Of a stretch of DNA of 64,000 bases, positions 1 through 13,248 are shown piece after piece. The DNA is from the human T2T-CHM13v2.0 reference genome, Homo sapiens. The translations under genes were made by a program, and so were the position numbers. Under the pieces are notes generated by a model, which ran no database searches, was not told the DNA's origin, and saw nothing but the letters and a program-made list of their open reading frames with translations. Position 1 is the stretch's first letter, and each line of letters opens with the position of its first letter. The DNA is taken from NCBI RefSeq assembly GCF_009914755.1, contig NC_060937.1, one strand, 5' to 3'.

Positions 1-579
1 GGTACTTTAATGGTCCCGGTGAAGTTATTCTGTTGTAACAAACCCAGCAAAATAAGCAAGCACTTTTGTACTTGGTAGATTTATTATGAGCCTAAAGAGA
101 TTGCCTTAAGTTCTCTTATATGTCATAGTAATGAATACATTCAGAAAACTAATAGTGATATAGTCATTATTTCTGATCATTTTATGTATTTCTGATAATT
201 TTAAGTGTTCATTTTAAAAAATACAGTTCAATTGGTTTTTAAAACACTTTTGGTTGCCTAACATTCATAGAGCAAATGCCCACACATGCATGTTATATTT
301 TTAAGATACAAAGGAATGCAAAATTAAAAAATGATGCCAGGAAAGTAAAACCCAGACACCATTTCGTTATCCTGATATCTCACATAGGGCTCTAATAAGG
401 CAATGTGTTGTTGAACAAAAGCTCATGGTTCATTTAACTTCCTGATAGTTTCATATTCAGATTGAAATCTGCCAATAAAAACATATTGAAAATATTATTA
501 GATAAGATTACCCCCAGAAAAAAGGCAAAGGAAAGTAACAGCTCCAAAGAAAACATTCGATGTGTTTAAACGGTGTTGA

Positions 580-596
580 GGCGCCCCTTGCTGGCA
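580..596 (-). promoter_or_regulatory. Candidate CTCF site
   Basis: Minus strand reads TGCCAGCAAGGGGCGCC, one mismatch to the CCASYAGRKGGCRS core, in otherwise AT-rich DNA. Motif evidence only. Confidence 0.5.
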
Positions 597-2469
597 TATG
601 TGTGTATTATCCAACTCTATCTGCATTTCTTGACCTTTTTTTGGTAAATTTGGTGGTGCAAATTAGTTCTATATTTTATATTTTTATATATGTCTCTTTT
701 TTGGTGTTGCTTGAAATGGTGTAAAATGTGATTCATTCTCCAGTTTCTTCCATGCGTCTTAATTTGTCAGAGTTTTCCTCAGTTCCCTTTTCTCTGTGAA
801 CTTTTCATCTTTCCCTGCCTGGTCACTCTGTCCTTTTACTGACCTTGGCTTTACTTTTTAAACAATTGGTTCTACGTCCTGTGAGGTTTGGGTTTTGTGG
901 GACTTGGTGACAGCCCTCCTGTGACTGCCTTTGGTGTTCTTTGCCTGTGACTTCCCTCAGTGGCTTCCAGCAGAGGCCCCAGGCCACAAGCTGACTCCTC
1001 TCTGAGATTCCAGAAGGCGACAGGCCTTGTGTACCTTAAATCATCCTCTTTCTCCATTAACTCTCAAGTCGACGATTTAAGATATGTCAATTTTCTCAAC
1101 TTCCATAGAGCATCAGAATGTGAATTCAAGAATCTTAGAACTAATTTAGAAAGAAAATACTGAGATGTGAGAAGGAGAATGCATGTTCAAAGGCACAAAT
1201 TGAAATTAAAATATTGTAGTTAGGCGAGCACAGGACTTTTGATTACACCGAGCGGACTCAAGTCTTTGTATCCAAAGTATTCTATTTGTAAATCATATTT
1301 AATTTCTAGAAATCTGAAATATTGAAATAGCTTCTAAAGAGGTCCATAGGAAATGTATGTCAGGGTAGAATAAAAATTACACATTCTTTCTTATTCAGCA
1401 TTGTTTAAATCATCATGATTGAAACTTCTGTAACTTCAGTACACCATGCAGCCTTCTATGTGGTATGGATTTCTAACATTGGAGTTCTCTGCCCAAAATT
1501 TTCTGAGGGACTTTCCCTCCCTACCTCAATCTGAAAGTCTGTGGGATGGGGGAGCCAAGGCTCTGAACAGCTCTTTCATCCATCTTATGTGCAAGGATAA
1601 AAATCTCTAGGAAGAAAAAAAAAATCAAGTTTAAGTCTGCCCTGGGCTTTGTATCATTAAAAAGTTAATTAAAACTCTTGCTGTAGTCATTCTCCGATGC
1701 ATAGAACATTATTTACCTTCTTGATTGGTGTCTAAAAGATGTTTTCCTTCATAGGGAAGGGCATGTGTTTTCTCAGCTCATTTCAGAGGATGCCCCGCTG
1801 TTAGTTACTATTCTTGGAAGTCGTAACTTCAAGAACCTGAAGCCAGCCATGAGCCCTTCAGCTACTTCCAATCTTGCCAGCCTTCCTAAAAGGTGTCCTT
1901 GCTCATCTCCAAAGGGCTAACTTTTTAGATAGTCTGCCAGTGACAGTCTAGAAGGCAGAATGTTTCCACCACACCCTCAAATATGTAATCATCACTTAGT
2001 TCTTAACTCAGGCTTATAAAAAACTTTATGCCAACAAAAACATTAACTTGTGCTTATTTTTAATACATACAACAATTCTAGAGCCTTATTTGAAATAAAT
2101 TATCTGAATTTAATGAAAGGGTTGAGTGTAAATAAAAACTTAGAATGAAGACAGTGGGAAGATGAGTGAAGTAGGACATCTGTCAGGCAAGTGGCTTGGA
2201 ATGGTCCCAGTGACCCAGACCTTGCCCTGGGTTCAGTTTATTATCACTGAAAAATACAGCTTGTTAGTCCACACAAACTAGTGCAATTTAAAATATTGTC
2301 TCTTTTAAAATACTTGAGCCAGGCTTTTCTTGTGGATTTGGAATTTCTTTGTTTCTTTGAGTGGTAAATGAATTATTTTGGACAAATTAAAATACTGTTT
2401 GATTTTAATATGAATAGCCCTATGTGACAAGGCACTATATAAAGGCTTTTTTTCCCCTTTGTATTGTAG

Positions 2470-2579
2470 TGTTTCTAAGACCTCAGAGAAATTTGGAATC
2501 TATAGACCCGCAGTTTACAATCCGGAGGAAAATGGAGCAGATGAGAGAAGAGAAAGAGCTGGTGGAACAACTTCGTGAG
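2470..2579 (+). CDS. LRCH1: LRCH1 internal coding exon (coiled-coil region leading into the CH domain)
   Basis: ttgtag|TG acceptor and GAG|gtaccc donor; translates (V)FLRPQRNLESIDPQFTIRRKMEQMREEKELVEQLRE and joins in frame to the 8097 exon. Confidence 0.96.
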
Positions 2580-2767
2580 GTACCCAAGAAATATTATGTA
2601 ACTAAAGGAGAATTTAAGCAACATTCTACATTTTTGAGAAACAGACTTTGAAACATTGCAAGCAGTCCTAATTTCAAATCTAGCCAGGTCACTTAGTGAC
2701 TGCTGGATGTTGGGCAAGCCACTTAACAACCCTGAGTCTGTTTCTTTGTATACTAAAAAAATGTTTT

Positions 2768-3063
2768 GGCCAGGCATAGTTTCTCATGCCTGTAATCGCA
2801 GAACTTTAGGAGGTAGAGGCAGGCTGATCACTTAAGTCCAGGAGTTTGAGACCAGTATGGCCAACATGGTGAGCCCTGTCTCTACTAAAAATACAAAAAT
2901 TAGCTGGGCATGGTGGCGTATGCCTGTAATCCCAGCTACTCGGGAGGCTGAGGTGGGAGGATCAGTTGAGCCCAGGAATGCGAGGCTGCAGTGATTTATG
3001 ATTGTACCACTTCACTTCAGCCTGGGTGACAACAGTGAGAACTTGTCTCTTTAAAAAAAAAAA
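2768..3063 (+). mobile_element. Alu, full length
   Basis: GGCCAGGC start, A5TACA5 linker, A tail. Confidence 0.92.
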
Positions 3064-3224
3064 ATGGTTCCAATTGACCTTAGTGGAGTTTTGTGAGGAA
3101 TATATGAGATAGTAGTAAATAAAAAATAATATATACATATAAATGCTGGCACTATTTCAATTTCAATTCAGGTATAGTTTAATGCCCTGTCATTTATTTA
3201 CTTAATAATATTAAATTAATTTTC

Positions 3225-3626
3225 ATTTTTTATTTTTATTTATTTATGTGTTTTTGAGACAAAGTCTCACTCTGTCACCCAGGCTGGAGTGCAGTCGCAT
3301 GATCTCGGCTCACTGCAGCCTGTGCCTTCTGGGCTAAAGTGATCCTCCCACCTCAGCCTCCTGAGTAATTGAGATTACAGGTGTGCACCACCACACTCAG
3401 CTAATTTTTTGTATTTTTACTAGAAAAACGTTGGGATTACAGGTATGAGCCACCGCACCCAGCTGAATTTTTAATTTTTAAGAGACTCTCTCTGTTGCCC
3501 AGACTAGAGTGCAATGGTATGATCATAGCTGACTGCAGCCTTGAACTTTTGGGCTGAAGTGATCCTCTGGCCTCAGCCTCCCAAGTAGGTAGGCATAAAT
3601 TATCACTACATGCCACTGTGCCTGGC
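3225..3626 (-). mobile_element. Antisense Alu with internal deletion plus an adjacent Alu monomer
   Basis: T-rich tail followed by GAGACAAAGTCTCACTCTGTCACCCAGGCTGGAGTGCAGT; a second arm-like copy starts near 3470. Confidence 0.85.
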
Positions 3627-4067
3627 AATATTACATTAATTTAACAATGTTTATAGTTATCCTCACTTTGTACCCCAAACCGACCAGAGATTTTAAATCA
3701 ATTATCTAATAGGCAAACCATTTGAGTTTCTACCAAAGAGGAAGTCTTGTGCTGGGTGTCATTGAAGCTTAAACTTGGAGCTGGCAGGGACCATGGCTGT
3801 CTTATTTCTTGTCGTATTTCTTAGTTCCCAATGGGCACTCTGTAGGTATTTGTCTACCTGCATGGTCTTTTTGTCAGGTTAGGAAGATCATACATAAATG
3901 TATGGAAGGTTAATTAACAGTATAGGAATCAATCACCAAGGAAGAAAACATTGGTATTAGCTACTAAAGACAGCACGTTATGAATTGCTGCATGAGTTTT
4001 TAATGTTCAGAAAGAAGTGTCATAACTGTGAACTAAAAGAGTCTAAGAAAGCTTCTTGACTAATAAC

Positions 4068-4620
4068 AGAACAACCATTCAACCCTGTAATCCCATTACT
4101 GGGTATATACCCAGAGAAAAATAAATTGTTCTACCAAAAAGAAACCTGCACTCATATGTCTATCACAGCACTATTCACAGAAACAAAGACTTGGGATCAA
4201 CCCAGGCTCGCATCAACAATGGATTGGATAAAGAAAATGTGGTACATAAACACCATGGAATACTACACAGCCATAAAAAAGAATGAAATCATGTCCTTTG
4301 CAGCAACATGGATGCTACTGGAGGCCACTATCCTAAGCAAATTAATACAGAAATGGAAAACCAAATACCACGTTCTCACTTATAAGGGAAAGTGAAACAC
4401 TGGGTATACACGGACACAAAGATGGAAACAATAAACTCTGGGAATTCCAAAAGGGGAGAGATAGGGGGTGAGGGTTGAAAAACTACCTATTGGGTACTAT
4501 GTTCACTGCTTAGGTGACAGGATCATTAGAAGCCTAAACCTCAGTATCACACAACATACCCATGTAACAAACCTGTACATGTACCCCTGAATCTAAAATA
4601 AATTTTTTCAATAAAGAAAG
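4068..4620 (+). mobile_element. L1 3' fragment (end of ORF2 plus 3' UTR; L1PB/L1MA-like)
   Basis: ORF 4126-4395 gives DWIKKMWYINTMEYYTAIKKNEIMSFAATW, the L1 ORF2p C-terminus. Confidence 0.92.
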
Positions 4621-5414
4621 AAAGGTTCTTGGAGGAGATAGATTCGATGTTAAATCTTCTTTCATCAGCACATGTGTATTGACTGTCACTCTCTACCAGG
4701 CTGTATTCTAGGTAATGGATGTAGGAGAGAACAAAAAGGTCTCTGCTGTTCTGAAGCTTATAGTCTATTGGGGAGAGATAGTAAATAAGACGGAAACAAA
4801 TAAATACACAGTTTCAGAGAGCAATGAGTTCTACAAATGAGCAGTGAGCCCTATAAACAAAATTTAGATTAAATTAAATTAGGATAGGTCAGCCTCTTTG
4901 TTATAGCAGATGATACTTTTTATATGGTTTAGCAAAGAGTCAGGAGGAAGTAATTTTAAAAAGAAAACAAAAAAACCTCTTACCACCACTTTAAGCCACT
5001 GTGGTGATTGAGCAAACACAAAGGGAAAGTCAAACCTCTGTCATTTGCCTGGACTATCTGGATGTGATGTAAACTGGGAAGGTGAACTTTATGAAATCTA
5101 TGCAACTAAGATCAAAAGCTGAGCTATGCCCCTCAAGGAGTGATATCTTACAATTTTATCTTAAACATGGGTCATATTGATCATTTATGTCTTAATTTAG
5201 TGATATAAAATTAGAGCCTGAAAGAGTACCTAAAAACAGTTGTCCACACACAGGACAGTTCTGAAAGAAATTTATATAACACTATTATATGCAGTGTTTT
5301 TCAAGTTTTCATTTATTAAAATCACCAAATTAAGTCATCCTTTCATACGCTGTGATTCAGTTAAAAGGGGCTTTTGTTGCAGAAGCTCTAGTTAAGGTTT
5401 GAAAATCGATTTCT

Positions 5415-6700
5415 CTACTTCTGCTTCCAAGAGGATGGAGTAGGCATACTTTGCCCTATTCTTCCCACTAAGTACACCTAAAATCCCTAGACATACATAA
5501 AACAAATGTAAGAACATTCTGGAAGGTAAAGAGAAGAAGACGGACTGATTAGGGTCCTTGAGACTTGAGGGGCGCCATAGTGATGAGCTCCAGGGGACTT
5601 TCTTTTTGCCTCATGTATCCAGACTTGGAGCCGAAGTCGCTGGGAACCCAGAAACAGTAATCGGCACAGACTTTAGAAAAACAACAATAAAAGCTGACTT
5701 TCTCTAACCAAATAACCAGGAAAGGGACAGCCCAGCAAGACACAAAAGTTTTAGACCATAAATGTGCTACTGCAGCTGAACACCACAGGAAACACTGTGG
5801 TCCCCCCTCACCCACACCAGCAAGGGCTGAGTCAAGTGAGACTTCTCCCCTTGCTGGGGTGGTGTCAGAGAAGACCAAGCCAGGAGCCAGAAATTTCATC
5901 CCCACTGGTCAGTAAGGAAGCTCGTCTGCTCCCAGAGTTTCAGTGGAGACCACGTGGGAATTCTGGATTCTCACCCCCACTCAGCAGTAAGGAGGCACCT
6001 ACCCCTCCCCCACTCCCTGGCCAGTTGACACCCAGTAGAAAACCCAGATGCCTGCATTCACCTGGCGGTAACAAGATGGTGGCAGCCACCTTCCCCTGCT
6101 AGAGCAGTGTCAAAAAAAAAAAAAAAAAAAAAAAAGGCAACTAAAACAGAGATTTAAATAGGATCCAGAGTCTCATAACATAATTCAAAAATGTCCAGGT
6201 TTCCACTGCAAATCCTTCATCATTCCAAGGACGAGGAAGATCCCAAACTGTAGGCAAAAAAGACAATCTGCAGATGACATCACTGATATAGCAGAGATGT
6301 TAGAATTATTTGACAGATATTTTTAAACCAGCCATGATGAAAATGCTTCGGTGAACAACGATGTACATGGTCGAAGGAAAGGAAAAGAATACCCCAGCAG
6401 AGAACTAGAAAATTTTGGCAAAGAAATAGAAGACACGAAGAAAAACCAAATGGAAATTGGGAGCTGAAAAATACGTTATTCATAACAAAAAGCCCAGTGG
6501 ATGGGCTCCACAGCAGAATGGAGATGATAAAGGAAAGAACTGGAATGAAACTAGAAGAGAGAACAATAGAAATCATCTAATCTGAACAACAGAGAGAAAA
6601 CAGATTGAAAAATCAGTGGACACAGAGCCTCGGGACCTGTGGGAGTGTAACAAATGATCCAACATTCGTGTCTTGGGAGGCCCAGAAGGAAAGGAGAATG
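5415..6700 (+). mobile_element. Old L1M-type 5' UTR / ORF1 relic
   Basis: A-rich decayed ORF1-like text, e.g. AACCAAATGGAAATTGGGAGCTGAAAAATAC and CAGAGCCTCGGGACCTGTGGGA. Confidence 0.6.
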
Positions 6701-6753
6701 GGAGCAAGGCAGAAGAGGAACTTGGGGGTGGGAAGGAAGGGGATGTCTCTATA

Positions 6754-6890
6754 ATTTTTTTTCTTTTTTTGAGACGGAGTCTCGCTTTATCATCCAGGCT
6801 GGAGAGCAGTGGCGCAATCTCGGCTCACTGAAACCTCTGCCTCCTGAGTTCAAGTGATTCTCCTGCCTCAGCCTCCTGAGTAGCTGGGAG
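6754..6890 (-). mobile_element. Alu right-arm fragment
   Basis: T-run then GAGACGGAGTCTCGCT...CTCAGCCTCCTGAGTAGCTGGGA, truncated. Confidence 0.88.
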
Positions 6891-6894
6891 GGCG

Positions 6895-7100
6895 TGTCAA
6901 TAAAAGGTCAACATGGGGGATCCTTGTGCTGGTGGGAATGTTGTGCATCTTGACTTTGTCAATGTCAATATCCTGGTTGTTTTGAAAGTTGTTACCATTG
7001 AAGGAAATTGGGCAAAGGGTACGTGGAACCTCTGTGTATTAGTTCTTACAATTGCATATGAATCTAGAATTATCTCAAAAATCAAAAGTTTAATTTTTAA
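6895..7100 (+). mobile_element. Old L1M 3' end fragment
   Basis: GGAACCTCTGTGTATTAGTTCTTACAATTGCATATGAATCTAGAATTATCTCAAAA resembles L1MC/ME 3' termini. Confidence 0.65.
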
Positions 7101-7157
7101 AAGAAGGACAAAGATTGATTTCTCAGCTAAAAATAGTCTAAGAGAAAAACATTTCTT

Positions 7158-7781
<624 letters not shown>

Positions 7782-8096
7782 TAATCCCTCTTCTGCCCCA
7801 TGCAGACTGCCTGAACCAGTCAGATTTGGTTTTTATTTATCACGCTCAAAGAGTGATTCCATTATTCCATTCATTCTATTAAATAAAAATTTTACACTCA
7901 CCTAAATTTGTTTTTATAAAGAGAGATTTTGATACTGTTTGGAAAGAGTTAAATAATGTCAGTGTTTTCTAGGCATTGTTATCCTTATTTCCTATGATGA
8001 AATTAGTGCCTCAGTTCATAAATACCCATAAATGTATTTTACTCACAGTTACCTCAGTGTTCATATTAACTGGCTTCCTTCTGATTTCCCCAACAG

Positions 8097-8234
8097 AGCA
8101 TTGAGATGAGATTGAAGGTCAGTCTACACGAAGACCTGGGGGCAGCCCTCATGGATGGTGTCGTCCTCTGCCATCTGGTCAACCACATCCGCCCACGGTC
8201 GGTTGCAAGCATCCATGTCCCATCACCAGCGGTT
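8097..8234 (+). CDS. LRCH1: LRCH1 coding exon, CH domain N-terminal part
   Basis: ccccaacag|AGC acceptor and GTT|gtaagt donor; 138 nt; SIEMRLKVSLHEDLGAALMDGVVLCHLVNHIRPRSVASIHVPSPAV contains the CH signature L-x-DGVVLCHL-x-N. Confidence 0.98.
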
Positions 8235-8506
8235 GTAAGTAACACCAAAGGGAAACTAACTGACATAAAACAGACCTTTAGGGGGCACTGTTGTTGGTTT
8301 AGGATGTCAATGGTGTCAGTAGGAGCTTGCTCAAATCTTTTCCATTGGGCCCCAAACCATTATAAGGCAGAAAAGGAATGAAAGAATGGCCTTGAATGAA
8401 GCAACATTTTCCCGGTAAAATGAGAGACTATTTTAAAATAAATATATAAATGACAGAAACATAATTTTATTTCAATATCAAGCAGATCACTTTAAATAAC
8501 TTACTG

Positions 8507-8830
8507 GGCGGGCACGGTGGCTCACACCTGTAAACCCAGCACTTTGGGAGGCCAAGGTGGGTGGATCACTTGCGCTCAGGAGTTGTATTTTTTGTAGAGA
8601 CGGGGTTCTAAAATAGAAAACTACACAATACAAAAATATGAAAAATACAAAATTTAGCTGGCTATGGTGGCACGCACCTGTGGTCCCAGCAACTCAGGAG
8701 CTGAGGTGGGAGGATTGCTTGAGCCCAGGAGTTCAAGGCTGTAGTGAGCCATGATTGTGCCACTGCACTCCAGCCTGGAGACAGAGTGAGACCCTGTCTC
8801 AAAAAAAAAAAAAAAAAGAAAAAGAAAAAA
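8507..8830 (+). mobile_element. Alu (J-like) with an internal micro-inversion
   Basis: Alu start and right arm intact; rearranged around 8583-8650. Confidence 0.9.
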
Positions 8831-10494
8831 GAAATTACTGATTGACTGATGATCAAGGTGCTAACTTTAAGACTATAGGAACATAAAAATTTCTTTTTCC
8901 CAAGAGTTATTTAAACAGTGACAAGTCTTTCAGAAAGCTGCTTTTGGTTGGTAACTTCCCTTCTAAATTGAATCTTTTTCCTCTATTCATCATGGAGGAT
9001 TTTAGGGATAGCCCTGAAAAGATGTGAGTTCTATGAAAAATACTATGAATAACCTGTCAAGGGGTTGGTTAGCAGTCATGACTTCAACAATTGCTTGATC
9101 AGTCACTGCACTCAAGGACTCATTGGTGATGCTGGGGACGTAGTGGGGAGGAGAACATGAATGAGACTCCTTAATGCGCCCCCAGATCCTCATCTCTGCT
9201 GTAGAGGAGATAGAGCCTGCACTCAGGGCTCTCTTCCTAGGTATCACAGCATGTTGTGAACTAGAAGAGAGCCAAAGAGTCAGTTTTATGGTTGTTCAGA
9301 TGAAAGTGGAGGAATCACAGATAAACTTGTCCTTGAAACCTACACAGGATTTATACAAATAGAGAAAAAAGTATCACTGCTCACCCTTTTTGCTGTTTGT
9401 TAGGAGAGGCAGAAGAATTTAGGGGTTAAGAATGTAAGGTTTGGATTAAAATTCTAAAAGCTATACAACTTTGGGCAATCCTCTCTTGAACTTGATTTGC
9501 TCTTCTCTATAATGGAAATGTTCTTGCAAGTATGAAGTAAGATACTTCATGTAATTTACACATATATGTAAGCCATTATAATCATTAGTGTTTATATGGC
9601 AAGTTTTGGAAATTTGGAGCCCCATAAAAGTGCAATGTTCATAAAATCTCAGAGCCCAGTGTGTTGGACTGAAGCTCACGTGAAGCTCCTCCGCCCTCTC
9701 CCATCCCCAGGAGAGCCTCACAGTGGCATGATTTGTCCTACTTTCTTTTCTCTTGACAGCAGGAAAAATTAGCCAATGACCTTATTTCATCTTAGTTTCT
9801 TATCTATCATATTGAACATATTTTTCTTTCAAAGGTTCAACCACTTTTTTAGCCTCAGAAACATAGTGGGGACAAAAAGACCAATTTGTCTTCTTTTACA
9901 AATCTACCTCTAGCAGCCTTAATGTGGGACAGTAAATTCTGTTCCATGATCCAATATGAAACACTCCAGTATCTTTTACAAATGAGGTCCAAACTGCCGT
10001 AAAGTCATCTGAGTCTCGTGCCAGATTCTCAGTAATTTTTCCCAAATTATGAGAGAGACACAACAGACACCTCAGCCTTCAATTTCAATGTACAATGATC
10101 ATTTTACAAGACGTAAGAGGACATCATGAATTGTGTACCCATTTACCTTTATCTTCAGGAAAAATGCTACATTGTTTTAGAAATCTTTTGGTTTTCACCA
10201 TTTTGCTTTTTTTAAATAAAAATTTTAAAATTAAACAAATAATAGGAAACAATGAGTGACTGGTGAAAAAAAGAAAATAAAGGAAAGCAAAAGAAAACAA
10301 ATCATTCTTTATTCTCCTCCTACCCAAAACCAATCACTGTTGCTTTTACCATTATGTCTTCTTTACTATAAGCTTTTTTTTTTTTTTTTTTGGTAAAATT
10401 AAGTTGTTTTTTAATTGTGAGCTTCTCATATAGACTAGTAATTTTTTAAATGTATTATTGAAACCTAAATATTTCCCCATGTCATTAAAATTCT

Positions 10495-10780
10495 CTTTTT
10501 TTTCTGGAGATGGAGTCTCCTCTGTCGCCCAGGCAGGAGTGCAGTGGCACGATCTTGGCTTACTGCACCCTCTGCCCCCAGGGTTCAAGCGTGGCTCAGC
10601 CTCCTGAATAGCTGGGATTACAGGTGCCCACCACCACGCCTGGCTAATTTTTGTATTTTTACTAGAGACGGGGTTTCACCATGTTGGCCAGGCTGGTCTC
10701 GAACTCCTGATCTCAAGTGATCTGCCCGCCTCAGCCTCCCAAAGTGCTAGGATTACAGGTGTGAGCCACCTCGCCCAGCC
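10495..10780 (-). mobile_element. Alu (S-like)
   Basis: Dimeric Alu flanked by a TAAAATTCT target-site duplication. Confidence 0.93.
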
Positions 10781-11819
10781 TAAAATTCTTCATAAATGCC
10801 TAATTTACTGACTATAACATATTTTAGCCTGTTTTATTATATTATAGTTTTCCTTTTTAGAAATGCAGTTTGTTTCTAAATATCCACTTCTACATGTCCA
10901 ATTATCAAAAATTCTTCACCAAGCATCTTGATGACCTTTTGGACCAGGCCCAGCCACGCTGTAGCCGTAGAACCTGCTTTCCTTCTTTCTTCTCTGCCGT
11001 TGCTCTTTGCCCCAGGCTCAGCACAGGCAGCTCCCTCTGCCTAGAAAGCCATGCCCCCACCTGCCCCCCAAATCTCCTTGGTTCTTCAGCGTCACTAGCT
11101 CCCTTTCCTTCTCTATTTCAGCATTCAGAAAACAAACCATTCTCAACGCCTTAGGACAGGGTTTCTTCCTTTGTTCATTTTCCGTCACACCTACCCCATG
11201 ACAACTAAGAACTATCCTGTATTATACTGTACCTTCCTTTAGGTTGCTAATATTTCCAGCTGCTTTAGAGGTAAGTGAGCCTGGGGATTTTGTCTTTGGC
11301 TCCACAGTTGTATCTTTAGCATCAAGTTTAGTATCTGACCCATAGTAAAGCAATAAATGCAGTTGTATCTGCCAGCAGCAGTGGATGAGAGCATCTTTTC
11401 TACCAGTATTATCACCAGCAAAAGCATTCTAATTCTTCATTCATGAAACTAATATTGTCCATTTTGTTTTTGCCAAACTGAGGGAATATAGTAGTGAACA
11501 AAATCACTATCATTGTCAGTATCCTTAGAGACTATTCCTTAGAAAAATGAATTTTTTCAGCCTCTGACAATTTGATAAGCAAAACATTGGCATTTCAATT
11601 GGTATAATTGGTATAATGTTTTATTATTGGACCAGTGGTGAGGTTGAAGCTTTAACCATTGCGTTTGTCACAAGTACTTTTCTACCTGAAGTTAGGCAAC
11701 AATCTTTGAAGACGCCCTCCCTCACTCCCAAAGAGGGAGAATTATTTTTCTGTAGCTTGAAACACACTCTCCATTAACTTCTTTGGGGCTGACCTAAGTA
11801 TTTGGAATGATGTTGGGCG

Positions 11820-11884
11820 TCTTTGGAGTTTCAGAAGAGACTCACCTAAGGACATCTTTGGAGTTTCAGAAAAGACTCACCTAA
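11820..11884. repeat. Short tandem duplication, period 35
   Basis: TCTTTGGAGTTTCAGAAGAGACTCACCTAA and TCTTTGGAGTTTCAGAAAAGACTCACCTAA, one mismatch. Confidence 0.9.
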
Positions 11885-12771
11885 ATCATAAGTAAATGAA
11901 GGAAGATAATGGGCCCAAACGATCAGAGAGAAACGCTAGGGTCTTGGCGTGATGAAATGCCTCTTGGTACCTCATCTGCCAGGTCCATGACCCTCTGTTA
12001 TCTTCAGTCATGTTCCTCAGGTCTGCTTCTGTTTGCACAAGGCTTCATGCAGTGGCCTTGTCCTGAGACATGCCAGGGGTTGGGCAAAACCACCGAAGCA
12101 GCTGCTGGCGACATCTCTTTAGGGCCCGCGTGAGGGACGTGACTTCCTCCCTAATCAAGATGGAGAATATTTATTTAGCTTTCAACTTAAATTGTTTCAC
12201 AGGGCAACAGACTCTGTTTTTGGCAGGGCTTTTCTTTTTGTATTTAATAAATGCTGTACAAATTAGATTTTGATGATAGTTGCTTTGTGCCTCTATAAGA
12301 CGGAATGAATTCCGTCATTCTCACATGAGCAGGATAAGGCCAGTCTTTATCACAGTTGCTCCTCCACCTACAATATTGGAATCAGTCATGCGTCTTGCTT
12401 TCTTTCCTAAGGAAAATAGTGGAGGAATATTACAATTTAGCAGCAAAGTGTTCAAAACGTACCATGTAAAAAAGTATAGTATATTATATATGAAATGTGC
12501 CTGTTACCCATCCCACACCTCAGAGGCCATCTATAACCAAGGTTAATTCAATTGTGAGAAGCTTTTGGTTAAGTCCTGAACATCCACCATTTTCAGTGCT
12601 GTTTACCATGATATTGCCTCTATATCCCTGGCTTTGGTGGGAAGGAGGTTAATTGGCCTGGTGAATTTAGACCCTTTATATAGGAATATATTTGTTGATG
12701 GGGAAGTTGATGTTTATGGTGTACTTTAGGCAAACTAAAACAGGTTACACAACAGTATGATCCCGTAAAAA

Positions 12772-12948
12772 CTATATATACGTGTGTGTGTGCATATATA
12801 TAAACAATATAAACATACGTGTGTATACATATATACATATGTATGCAGAAAATTTTGCATACATATACATCAGTGTATATACATGATATACAAACATCTA
12901 TATATATATACATAGGCATATATGTATATCTATGTAGGCATATATGAA
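12772..12948. repeat. Degenerate (TA)/(TG)/(CA) low-complexity repeat
   Basis: Alternating purine-pyrimidine runs. Confidence 0.85.
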
Positions 12949-13170
12949 CACAGTGTCTGGAAGAATAGAATCTAAAATATTAACAGTTTTTAATCTAAGA
13001 TGGATGTTTCTGAGTGATATTTTGTTTTCTTCTATTTGCTTATGTGTTATTTTCTTTTGCTCCAATAAACATGTATTGCTTGTGCCATTTGGGAAGTTTA
13101 AAATTTAACATGTTATTAAAATGGTTTCTCTTTTAAATAATATATTATTTCCGTATATTTGCATTTATAG

Positions 13171-13248
13171 CCCAAACTTAGCATGGCCAAATGCAGAAGA
13201 AATGTGGAAAACTTTTTGGAAGCGTGCCGAAAATTAGGAGTACCAGAG
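13171..13248 (+). CDS. LRCH1: LRCH1 penultimate coding exon, CH domain middle part
   Basis: tttatag|CCC acceptor and GAG|gtaaca donor; 78 nt; PKLSMAKCRRNVENFLEACRKLGVPE with the CH motif NVENFLEAC. Too short to appear in the ORF track. Confidence 0.97.

Noticed and set aside
700-1163. Pyrimidine-rich region with short ORFs as an extra LRCH1 exon
   Set aside because: No acceptor/donor pair giving an LRCH-like in-frame peptide was found.
11820-11884. Direct repeats of about 30 nt (also at 51014 and 58718) as a possible CRISPR-like array
   Set aside because: Only two copies each, no unique spacers of regular length, no cas genes, and a primate genomic context.
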